Source: Nemertoderma westbladi (lineage: Eukaryota > Animalia > Xenacoelomorpha). From it: a stretch of 47,732 nucleotides of DNA. The stretch lies in the NCBI GenBank assembly GCA_032718475.1, contig JAUCBJ010009059.1:1-47732 (forward strand), read 5' to 3'. Made by a program: the position numbers and the translations under genes. This document shows, piece by piece, positions 11,840 to 24,000 of the stretch. Every line of letters begins with the position of its first letter. The first letter of the stretch is position 1. The notes beneath the pieces were generated by a model, which saw only the letters and a program-made list of their open reading frames with translations, was not told where the DNA came from and searched no databases.

Positions 11840-12003
11840 TATTGAAGTCATTATATTCAGAAATTAATGATATGCTTAGAATACGTATACTGTATAATAT
11901 TTATTATTTAGCAGACAGCGGGTAATATTTCCTGATCAAATCCAACAGAGCAGAAAATAGGTTTTCTTTGTGTAGAAGCTTCCAACGAAATTCAGCTAGT
12001 TGT

Positions 12004-12439
12004 CAAGAAAACTTGCCACCTCCATGCAGCATAAAGGAGGTGCCACCTGTAGCTGCATAGACCCTCTTACTAGGGCAAATCTGGTCCTGTAACTAGGACC
12101 CCCATCGTTTGGGATAAGGACGCCTTTGGTCCTGGATTAAGGACCCATATACTTGGCTGCAGGGGTATATGGCCTGGCCAGGCAGATGGTGATCTACCAA
12201 TGGCTGGTCAGGAGTAGAGTGTTCTCATGTCCACTCTGAGAGCACTTCACTGCGACCTGCACCTGGCAGCAGGGGTACAGGGCATGACCCAGCAGATGAG
12301 CTGCACAGCCAATGGTGGGTCATGTGCGCCAGAGTAGATATGGGTGATGGGACTCATATCTGATTCCACTGCGACACCCACCCTGTGGAACGACAAACCA
12401 GGGTGTGGTATTTGCCCCGAGAGCTGAGCTACTAGTAGT
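12004..12439 (+). mobile_element. SINE-like / non-LTR retroposed insertion, 436 bp, with a (TAG)n tail and 10-bp TSD
   Basis: AGCTAGTTGT is duplicated at 11994-12003 and 12440-12449; the insert ends CTACTAGTAGT; the empty site is present in the inverted paralog at ~8620-8635; GC-rich against AT-rich flanks. Confidence 0.85.
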
Positions 12440-12752
12440 AGCTAGTTGTTGGGCGAAAGTCAAATCTTAGCTGTAGAAATTCGAATATTCTAGAAAATTC
12501 AATTTCCTTGACATCAAATAAAACATAGGCCTTAACTAACAAAAAATAAAATTTGAAAGTGTTTTCAAATTTGTTCTATAACCAAAAATATTTGTTTTAA
12601 AACATTTTATTATTTTTTTTCAAATGTATCTCATGTTCTAGAACATTTAATAAAATGAAATAGCAAAAACTAGCTAGTAAAAAAAAATTGAGTGGGTTGT
12701 ACCTATAACACACTAGTACCAACGTAACTGTTTGATGTTAAAATATTCCTTT

Positions 12753-15667
12753 TAGTCAAGTAGACAGTACCGACCACCGTTCAAATTGGGTATGACTGCA
12801 GTTTTTTTTTGCTGAAAGTGTTAAATTGTATAAACCATTTGAAATTATTTTATATTTTACATACTCCGCATTGAGCTATTTTTTCTAGAACACTATTTAT
12901 CTTAACGACAGATGTTTTACATAGCAACAATAATGAATTGACATGTAGGGGTATATTTATCTATTTAGACACTGGTCAATCATTAATAAGGAGAAACCAA
13001 GCTCGAGAAAATAAAAATGTAAGGAATAAGGATTATGTTTGCAGCTATGAGTTACAAATTTTGTAACATTGCAGTGTTATGGCAAACACTGTTACAGGCA
13101 GTGAACTTGTAATACATACAAGGCTCGGTGTGCAATTTGGAGCTCATCACTGTGGTCAAGTAATGCACCGACATACCTGTTTGTCAGGAATATATGCTGC
13201 CAGCTCGCTAACTCTCTCTAGACATGTATCATCAAGAACTGGCGGAAATATGTTAATTCGAATGTGGACTTTGTGGCCGACGCATTTATGGACAGAATGG
13301 CGCAGGTTTATCCTTAACGAAGTAGCAGTGGTTACCCAAACTGAGATGTTGTTTCTGTAAGGTGATGTTCGGTATTACCAGTGGACCGTGAAATGAAAGG
13401 TGAAGGAATGTCGATGAAACAACTTCTGCATTTGCAGTAATTACTTGTAGTTAATGTTTGATAATATATTTATTTACACGTTATCACAGTCCTTGTTCGC
13501 ACACTTGGTAATAAAAATTGAAAGCCCAATTTATAAATTGCTACCACTTCCAACCAAAGTTTGTAGGCTATAGTGGCGGTTGGATATTATCTACAGCCGC
13601 TATCCAGAATAATACTTGCGAGCTGGCCCTTCTTATATTCTTGACTGCTTCAGTATCCGTTAAATGTAAACTTCATATCTGAAATAAATAATACTAATGC
13701 TATAATAATGCTAGATTAGCTTTGCAGAAATTAAAAGTTCGAATAAAAAGTTCTAGTAATTAGAATAATATATATGAATATCCAGTCGGTCGAAGACGAA
13801 CCGAAGGCATCTCTTCGAAAATAGGGAGGGACTTTAGTCGCAATCAAAATTCATCCCTCTCCAGGGAAAATCGACGCAAATAACAGCTGGTTACTCTCAA
13901 AAATAAAATGTAACCTGTTCTATTGACTTTCGTTTATTGTTTTGGTTAGAATAACGTGCCACTGTAACATGCTTCTTTCACTAAATTGGTAATTTAACAT
14001 TGAGACAAAATATTAATTCGCTGAGATTTGCATCAAGTTTCCCCCTCTCCTGTCTCCCTCGTCAATAGCTGCTACCCGACGGTAGGACTGGTGCTACTCC
14101 TATCCCAAGGTTTGCTTCCAGTAATTCAACAGGTACTCATTTTATCGACCCCAGTGAATGGAAGAAGGTCGAGCAGAATGAGAACCAACCTGTTGAAACT
14201 TAGAAAGACTCTAAAGATTGAACTGAACGCTCGCACTCTGAAACTGCTTAGCAAACATTATTATAGCTCTGGCAATGGAATATAATATCGACATCATTTG
14301 TATTCAAGAATATCAGATTTGTCATGAGACATTGCCATCAAGTATAATGGATGACATTTGAAATTAAAGTTTGTAACGTCCATCCATTTCCAGTCTGCAA
14401 GTTCAGCAATTCGGTCAATGTTTCAATTGGTGTAGTATGAATTCTACAAAGTCCATTTGCACTTCTGACACTAAACCTCATCGAATATAAAATTTCCAGG
14501 ATCATAAACTCACAATTACCACATTTTTGGTGGGAATCACAAGACAACAGCAATGTGTTGCTACAGTCCATACAATGCATCAGAGCCAGAACAAGCAGTC
14601 AAGGGCTATAAGATCTGAATATAGTCATTGATACCTACAAACACCACATTCGAAAAGAGTAAGGATGGACATTTTTAAATACTATCTATTTTAAATTTTA
14701 AAAATTACTACCTATATGTTCTAGAACATTATTATTTTATTTTATTTATGTTCTAGAGTAGTTAAATAACATTAATATGGTGTTCTAGAACTCTCCATGG
14801 GTGCCATAGTAACAATGATTTATGATTAAAAAGTGTAGTGGCACACGGAACCGTTACCTACTGTATTGGGCTACATAAAGAGTACCTTGATAGGGCCGTG
14901 GCTAGATCAGATTGGATGGAGACGTTTTTTAATTATTTTCAAACAATAATTATTGTAAAGCGAAAATACAAATCTTCTTAAATAGGGAGATATTCTACAT
15001 ATTAAATGGCAGCGTATATTTACCTTTAAAATAGACGTAGCAACTTCGATGGAATCGGGTTCCCAAAATAGTCAGATAGTTAGGTCTTCAAGCCCACCAT
15101 CTACCAAATCCAAAGGAATCTTCACATTTCCAGCCAATTCTTCGTATCGCGGCAATCTTGTTTCGCAAATGGCAAAAGTCCTTTCTCATATTGCTATCGC
15201 TGCATTTTATCACGCGTTTCCAACTTTTGGATTTTTTGGATCTAACGCCTTACATAAGGATCCCCAGATAAGGCAATCTTTCTCAAAACTAAATGTCACT
15301 ATTAATTTTTTTAATTATGTTAGCCAAAGCACTCGTCTCCTCCAACCCTCTTTATGGCCCTTTCCATTGCCTAAATGTAGCCATTACTGCAATGTTTTGA
15401 AATATGTATTACATTAAACATAATATTCTAGAATGTTTAATGTTGTTGCTAACACATTCTCTCTACATAGCTTAACATTTTTCGGTAATTTTGTTATGAT
15501 TTTACCCTCCAAACAAACGGCAATAAAAAAATTGCTCAACCTTTGCCAAAGTCTTTATAGCGAAAATGTATTGTTATAATGTGGAACAACATCATGAGCA
15601 AATAAAATTGCAGTCATACGCTGGAGAACGGTTCGTCAGTAAAATGTACCAAGCGTCTACTTGACTA
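12753..15667 (-). mobile_element. Decayed, internally deleted Academ-like DNA transposon (2.9 kb)
   Basis: Termini TAGTCAAGTAGAC...GTCTACTTGACTA with imperfect IR extending ~70 bp (ACCGTTC, GTATGACTGCA); TTT on both flanks (3-bp TSD). Minus-strand peptide relics: FSFEKDCLI...TRFHRSCY (~15030-15300) and HQKCG..ILEILYSMRFS..EVQ..LDG (~14320-14560). TAG...CTA ends and 3-4 bp TSDs are the known Academ pattern. Confidence 0.65.
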
Positions 15668-15923
15668 TTTGTAAAGAAAAAAATGATATTTCAAATTTTT
15701 AAAAATGGCCATTTTTGTAATGTTCTGGAACAAAAAATATTTGATCTAGAACAAAGTCTTTTTTATTTAAATAGCTAATATATTCTAGAACATTTAATAA
15801 CAGTAGCAAAAACTATATGTATATATTCTACGCCACGATCCACTAAGGAACGCTCTCAGAAGGTTTAAAAACTGAGTTCCTCTAATTAAGGTGTAACTAT
15901 GTTAACTATCTTTTATGAAGGCC

Positions 15924-17334
15924 AACTCACAGTGAGGTGCGCGGCTGAGTTCACCCTAACTCACAGTGAGGTGTGCGGCTGAGTTCACCCTAACTCTCAG
16001 TGAGGTGCGCGGCTGAGTTCACCCTAACTCACAGTGAGGTGCGCGGATGAGTTCACCCCAACTCACAGTGAGGTGCGCGGCTGAGTTCACCCCAACTCAC
16101 AGTGAGGTGCGCGGCTGAGTTCACCCCAACTCACAGTGAGGTGCGCGGCTGAGTTCACCCTAACTCTCAGTGAGGTGCGCGGCTGAGTTCACCCCAACTC
16201 ACAGTGAGGTGTGCGGCTGAGTTCACCCTAACTCTCAGTGAGGTGCGCGGCTGAGTTCACCCTAACTCACAGTGAGGTGCGCGGCTGAGTTCACCCTAAC
16301 TCTCAGTGAGGTGCGCGGCTGAGTTCACCCCAACTCACAGTGAGGTGCGCGGCTGAGTTCACCCTAACTCACAGTGAGGTGTGCGGCTGAGTTCACCCTA
16401 AGTCTCAGTGAGGTGCGCGGCTGAGTTCACCCTAACTCTCAGTGAGGTGCGCGGCTGAGTTCACCCCAACTCACAGTGAGGTGCGCGGCTGAGTTCACCC
16501 TAACTCACAGTGAGGTGTGCGGCTGAGTTCACCCCAACTCACAGTGAGGTGTGCGGCTGAGTTCACCCTAACTCTCAGTGAGGTGCGCGGCTGAGTTCAC
16601 CCTAACTCTCAGTGAGATGCGCGGCTGAGTTCACCCTAACTCTCAGTGAGGTGCGCGGCTGAGTTCACCCCAACTCACAGTGAGGTGTGCGGCTGAGTTC
16701 ACCCTAACTCTCAGTGAGGTGCGCGGCTGAGTTCACCCTAACTCACAGTGAGGTGCGCGGCTGAGTTCACCCTAACTCTCAGTGAGGTGCGCGGCTGAGT
16801 TCACCCCAACTCACAGAGAGGTGCGCGGCTGAGTTCACCCTAACTCACAGTGAGGTGTGCGGCTGAGTTCACCCTAAGTCTCAGTGAGGTGCGCGGCTGA
16901 GTTCACCCTAACTCACAGTGAGGTGCGCGGCTGAGTTCACCCTAACTCTCAGTGAGGTGCGCGGCTGAGTTCACCCCAACTCACAGTGAGGTGCGCGGCT
17001 GAGTTCACCCTAACTCTCAGTGAGGTGCGCGGCTGAGTTCACCCCAACTCACAGTGAGGTGCGCGGCTGAGTTCACCCTAACTCACAGTGAGGTGCGCGG
17101 CTGAGTTCATCCTAACTCACAGTAAGGTGCGCGGCTGAGTTCACCCTAACTCACAGTGAGGTGCACGGCTGAGTTCACCCTAACTCACAGTGAGGTGCGC
17201 GCCTGAGTTCACCCACACAGTGAGGTGCGCGGCTGAGTTCACCCTAACTCACAGTGAGGTGCGCGGCTGAGTTCACCCACACAGTGAGGTGCGCGGCTGA
17301 GTTCACCCACACAGTGAGGTGCGCGGCTGAGTTC
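15924..17334. repeat. 34-bp GC-rich minisatellite (AACTCACAGTGAGGTGCGCGGCTGAGTTCACCCT) x ~42
   Basis: Head-to-tail units with a few recurring SNP variants; the last units are shortened to 30 bp; no spacers. Confidence 0.97.
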
Positions 17335-17698
17335 CACAAAACAATAATCCACAAAAAATATAATTTTACCTTCAAATAGGATTTCAGTTTGTTCTATAAT
17401 AATATTGATGAACATGAATTTATATTGATTTTTTTTTAAATTGAGTCAGTAATGTAACTGCAATTACATGTTAATAGATATCTAAAAAAAAAACTATTGT
17501 ACATTATTGTCGAAAATCACTTTTCGAATTAGAAAGACAATTTCAACAAAAGACTTCAGCAAATAGCAAAAAAAGGTTCGAAAAAATGGAGACACATTAT
17601 AACGATATTAATTAACGCAAAATTTTTAGCAAAATATTCAATATTTGATATGAGCTACCGTTCTAGAATATTTAACATGTAATCAATATGATGGGTTA

Positions 17699-17896
17699 GG
17701 CCGCGTTCACACTACCGAGTCAAAGTAAAAGTCAAAAGACACAATGTAAATAAATAACAAGAAATTTATTTTTTTCTAGAACGCCATTATGTATTATATT
17801 AGGCCTATATAATAATGTATTATTATTTATTATTGCTAGCTAACTATATTTATTTTCTTTTGACTATGACTTTGACTCGGTAGTGTGAACGCGGCC
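17699..17896. mobile_element. MITE (~198 bp), probably PIF/Harbinger-like
   Basis: TIRs GGCCGCGTTCACACTACCGAGTCAAAGT (28 bp perfect, ~40 bp imperfect); flanks TTA / TAA. Superfamily inferred from the GGC...GCC ends and TWA context. Confidence 0.8.
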
Positions 17897-18003
17897 TAAA
17901 ATGAACAAAAGTTAAAGATTATGTAGAAATGTTTTAATTTGGCATTTACATTAAATTAAATTTCCAGTGTGATTTTGCTTTTATTCAATACAGTATAATA
18001 TAG

Positions 18004-21000
18004 TACTTGTTGCTGGACCCCCTCACACACAGAAACTTGTTGCTGGACCCCCTCACACACAGAAACTTGTTGCTGGACCCCCTCACACACAGAAACTTGT
18101 TGCTGGACCCCCTCACACACAGAAACTTGTTGCTGGACCCCCTCACACACAGAAACTTGTTGCTGCACCCCCTCACACACAGAAACAAGTTGCTGCAACT
18201 TGTTTCTGCAACTTGTTTCTGCAACTTGTTTCTGCAACTTGTTTCAGCAACTTGTTTTCTGAAACTTGTTTCTGAAACTTGTTGCTGGACCCCCTCACAC
18301 ACAGAAACTTTTTGCTGGACCCCCTCACACACAGAAACTTGTTGCTGGACCCCCTCACACACAGAAACTTGTTGCTGGACCCCCTCACACACAGAAACTT
18401 GTTGCTGGACCCCCTCACACACATAAACTTGTTGCTGGACTCCTCACACACAGAAACTTGTTGCTGGACCCCCTCACGCACAGAAACTTGTTGCTGGACC
18501 CCCTCACACACAGAAACTTGTTGCTGGACCCCCTCACACACAGAAACTTGTTGCTGGACCCCCTCACACACAGAAACTTGTTGCTGGACCCCCTCACACA
18601 CAGAAACTTGTTGCTGGACCCCCTCACGCACAGAAACTTGTTGCTGGACCCCCTCACACACAGAAACTTGTTGCTGGACCCCCTCACACACAGAAACTTG
18701 TTGCTGGACCCCCTCACACACAGAAACTTGTTGCTGGACCCCCTCACGCACAGAAACTTGTTGCTGGACCCCCTCACACACAGAAACTTGTTGCTGGACC
18801 CCCTCACACACAGAAACTTATTGCTGGACCCCCTCACACACAGAAACTTGTTACTGGACCCCCTCACGCACAGAAACTTGTTGCTGGACCCCCTCACACA
18901 CAGAAACTTGTTGCTGGACCCCATTACACACATAAACTTGTTGCTGGACTCCTCACACACAGAAACTTGTTGCTGGACCCCCTCACGCACAGAAACTTGT
19001 TGCTGGACCCCCTCGCACACAGAAACTTGTTGCTGGACCCCCTCACACACAGAAACTTGTTGCTGGACCCCCTCACACACACACAAACTTGTTGCTGGAC
19101 CCCCTCACACACAGAAACTTGTTGCTGGACCCCCGCACACACAGAAACTTGTTGCTGGACCCCCTCACACACAGAAACTTGTTGCTGGACCCCCTCACAT
19201 ACATAAACTTGTTGCTGGACTCCTCACACACAGAAACTTGTTGCTGGACCCCCTCACGCACAGAAACTTGTTGCTGGACCCCGTCACACACAGAAACTTG
19301 TTGCTGGACCCCCTCACACACAGAAACTTGTTGCTGGACCCCCTCACACACAGAAACTTGTTGCTGGACCCCCTCACGCACAGAAACTTGTTGCTGGACC
19401 CCCTCACACACAGAAACTTGTTGCTGGACCCCCTCACACACAGAAACTTGTTGCTGGACCCCCTCACACACAGAAACTTGTTGCTGGACCCCCTCACACA
19501 CAGAAACTTGTTGCTGGACCCCCTCACACACAGAAACTTGTTGCTGGACCCCCTCACACACAGAAACTTGTTGCTGGACCCCCTCACGCACAGAAACTTG
19601 TTGCTGGACCCCCTCACACACAGAAACTTGTTGCTGGACCCCCTCACACACAGAAACTTGTTGCTGGACCCCCTCACACACAGAAACTTGTTGCTGGACC
19701 CCCTCACGCACAGAAACTTGTTGCTGGACCCCCTCACACACAGAAACTTGTTGCTGGACCCCCTCACACACAGAAACTTGTTGCTGGACCCCCTCACGCA
19801 CAGAAACTTGTTGCTGGACCCCCTCACACACAGAAACTTGTTGCTGGACCCCCTCACACACAGAAACTTGTTGCTGGACCCCCTCACACACATAAACTTG
19901 TTGCTGGACCCCCTCACGCACAGAAACTTGTTGCTGGACCCCCTCACACACACACAAACTTGTTGCTGGACCCCCTCACACACACACAAACTTGTTGCTG
20001 GACCCCCTCACACACATAAACTTGTTGCTGGACCCCCTCACGCACAGAAACTTGTTGCTGGACCCCCTCACACACACACAAACTTGTTGCTGGACCCCCT
20101 CACACACACACAAACTTGTTGCTGGACCCCCTCACACACAGAAACTTGTTGCTGGACCCCCTCACACACACACAAACTTGTTGCTGGACCCCCTCACGCA
20201 CAGAAACTTGTTGCTGGACCCCCTCACACACAGAAACTTGTTGCTGGACCCCCTCACACACATAAACTTGTTGCTGGACTCCTCACACACAGAAACTTTT
20301 TGCTGGACCCCCTCACACACAGAAACTTGTTGCTGGACCCCCTCACACACAGAAACTTGTTGCTGGACCCCCTCACACACAGAAACTTGTTGCTGGACCC
20401 CCTCACACACATAAACTTGTTGCTGGACTCCTCACACACAGAAACTTGTTGCTGGACCCCCTCACGCACAGAAACTTGTTGCTGGACCCCCTCACACACA
20501 GAAACTTGTTGCTGGACCCCCTCACACACAGAAACTTGTTGCTGGACCCCCTCACACACAGAAACTTGTTGCTGGACCCCCTCACACACAGAAACTTGTT
20601 GCTGGACCCCCTCACGCACAGAAACTTGTTGCTGGACCCCCTCACACACAGAAACTTGTTGCTGGACCCCCTCACACACAGAAACTTGTTGCTGGACCCC
20701 CTCACACACAGAAACTTGTTGCTGGACCCCCTCACGCACAGAAACTTGTTGCTGGACCCCCTCACACACAGAAACTTGTTGCTGGACCCCCTCACACACA
20801 GAAACTTGTTGCTGGACCCCCTCACACACAGAAACTTGTTGCTGGACCCCCTCACACACAGAAACTTGTTGCTGGACCCCCTCACGCACAGAAACTTGTT
20901 GCTGGACCCCCTCACACACAGAAACTTGTTGCTGGACCCCCTCACACACAGAAACTTGTTGCTGGACCCCCTCACACACAGAAACTTGTTGCTGGACCCC

Positions 21001-24000
21001 CTCACACACAGAAACTTGTTGCTGGACCCCCTCACGCACAGAAACTTGTTGCTGGACCCCCTCACACACAGAAACTTGTTGCTGGACCCCCTCACACACA
21101 GAAACTTTTTGCTGGACCCCCTCACACACAGAAACTTGTTGCTGGACCCCCTCACGCACAGAAACTTGTTGCTGGACCCCCTCACACACAGAAACTTGTT
21201 GCTGGACCCCTTCACACACAGAAACTTGTTGCTGGACCCCCTCACACACAGAAACTTGTTGCTGGACCCCCTCACGCACAGAAACTTGTTGCTGGACCCC
21301 CTCACACACAGAAACTTGTTGCTGGACCCCCTCACACACATAAACTTGTTGCTGGACTCCTCACACACAGAAACTTGTTGCTGGACCCCCTCACGCACAG
21401 AAACTTGTTGCTGGACCCCCTCGCACACAGAAACTTGTTGCTGGACCCCCTCACACACAGAAACTTGTTGCTGGACCCCCTCACACACACACAAACTTGT
21501 TGCTGGACCCCCTCACACACAGAAACTTGTTGCTGGACCCCCTCACACACAGAAACTTGTTGCTGGACCCCCTCACACACAGAAACTTGTTGCTGGACCC
21601 CCTCACACACATAAACTTGTTGCTGGACTCCTCACACACAGAAACTTGTTGCTGGACCCCCTCACACACAGAAACTTGTTGCTGGACCCCCTCACACACA
21701 GAAACTTGTTGCTGGACCCCCTCACACACAGAAACTTGTTGCTGGACCCCCTCACACACAGAAACTTGTTGCTGGACCCCCTCACGCACAGAAACTTGTT
21801 GCTGGACCCCCTCACACACAGAAACTTGTTGCTGGACCCCCTCACACACAGAAACTTGTTGCTGGACCCCCTCACACACATAAACTTGTTGCTGGACCCC
21901 CTCACGCACAGAAACTTGTTGCTGGACCCCCTCACACACACACAAACTTGTTGCTGGACCCCCTCACACACACACAAACTTGTTGCTGGACCCCCTCACA
22001 CACAGAAACTTGTTGCTGGACCCCCTCACACACACACAAACTTGTTGCTGGACCCCCTCACGCACAGAAACTTGTTGCTGCAACTTGTTTCTGCAACTTG
22101 TTTCTGCAACTTGTTTCAGCAACTTGTTTCTGAAACTTGTTTCTGAAACTTGTTGCTGGACCCCCTCACACACAGAAACTTTTTACTGCAACTTGTTTCT
22201 GCAACTTGTTTCAGCAACTTGTTTCTGAAACTTGTTGCTGGACCCCCTCACACACAGAAACTTGTTGCTGGACCCCCTCACACACACACAAACTTGTTGC
22301 TGGACCCCCTCACGCACAGAAACTTGTTGCTGCAACTTGTTTCTGCAACTTGTTTCTGCAACTTGTTTCAGCAACTTGTTTCTGAAACTTGTTTCTGAAA
22401 CTTGTTGCTGACCCCCTCACACACAGAAACTTGTTGCTGGACCCCCTCACACGGAGCAACTTGTTGCTGGACCCCCTCACACACAGAAACTTGTTGCTGG
22501 ACTCCTCACACACAGAAACTTGTTGCTGGACTCCTCACACACAGAAACTTGTTGCTGTACTCCTCACACACAGAAACTTGTTGCTGGACCCCCTCACACA
22601 CAGAAACTTGTTGCTGGACCCCCTCATACACAGAAACTTGTTGCTGGACCCCCTCACACACAGAAACTTGTTGCTGGACCCCCTCACACACAGAAACTTG
22701 TTGCTGGACCCCCTCACACACAGAAACTTGTTGCTGGACCCCCTCACGCACAGAAACTTGTTGCTGGACCCCCTCACACACAGAAACTTGTTGCTGGACC
22801 CCCTCACACACAGAAACTTGTTGCTGGACCCCCTCACACACATAAACTTGTTGCTGGACCCCCTCACGCACAGAAACTTGTTGCTGGACCCCCTCACACA
22901 CACACAAACTTGTTGCTGGACCCCCTCACACACACACAAACTTGTTGCTGGACCCCCTCACACACAGAAACTTGTTGCTGGACCCCCTCACACACACACA
23001 AACTTGTTGCTGGACCCCCTCACGCACAGAAACTTGTTGCTGCAACTTGTTACTGCAACTTGTTTCTGCAACTTGTTTCAGCAACTTGTTTCTGAAACTT
23101 GTTTCTGAAACTTGTTGCTGGACCCCCTCACACACAGAAACTTTTTACTGCAACTTGTTTCTGCAACTTGTTTCAGCAACTTGTTTCTGAAACTTGTTGC
23201 TGGACCCCCTCACACACAGAAACTTGTTGCTGGACCCCCTCACACACACACAAACTTGTTGCTGGACCCCCTCACGCACAGAAACTTGTTGCTGCAACTT
23301 GTTTCTGCAACTTGTTTCTGCAACTTGTTTCAGCAACTTGTTTCTGAAACTTGTTTCTGAAACTTGTTGCTGACCCCCTCACACACAGAAACTTGTTGCT
23401 GGACCCCCTCACACGGAGCAACTTGTTGCTGGACTCCTCACACACAGAAACTTGTTGCTGGACCCCCTCACACACAGAAACTTGTTGCTGGACCCCCTCA
23501 CACACAGAAACTTGTTGCTGGACCCCCTCACACACAGAAACAAGTTGCTGGAACCCATCATACACATAAACTTGTTGCTGCAACTTGTTTCTGCAACTTG
23601 TTTCAGCAACTTGTTTCTGAAACTTGTTGCTGGACCCCCTCACACACAGAAACTTGTTGCTGGACCCCCTCATACACAGAAACTTGTTGCTGCAACTTGT
23701 TTCTGCAACTTGTTTCAGCAACTTGTTTCAGAAACTTGATGCTGGACCCCCTCACACACAGAAACTTGTTGCTGGACCCCCTCACACACAGAAACTTGTT
23801 GCTGGACCCCCTCACACACAGAAACTTGTTGCTGCAACTTGTTTCTGCAACTTGTTTCAGCAACTTGTTTGAGCAACTTGTTTCTGAAACTTGTTTCTGA
23901 AACTTGTTGCTGGACCCCCTCACACACAGAAACTTGTTGCTGGACCCCCTCACACACAGAAACTTGTTGCTGGACCCCCTCACACACAGAAACTTGTTGC

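Larger units (their letters stand above)
7895..12710. repeat. Mosaic of an AT-rich interspersed repeat family rich in TTCTAGAA/TAGCTA, present in both orientations and hosting nested insertions
   Basis: 8485-8560 is the reverse complement of ~10975-11057; 8560-8758 of ~11900-12510 (minus the insert); 9511-9615 of ~11056-11900 (minus the insert). The block GTTCTAGAAC...ATAGCAAAAACTAGCT recurs at ~7900 (-), ~10795, ~12636 and ~15780. Confidence 0.7.

Noticed and set aside
15924-17334. Possible CRISPR array (34-bp partly palindromic repeat)
   Set aside because: No unique spacers, no cas genes, eukaryotic context.
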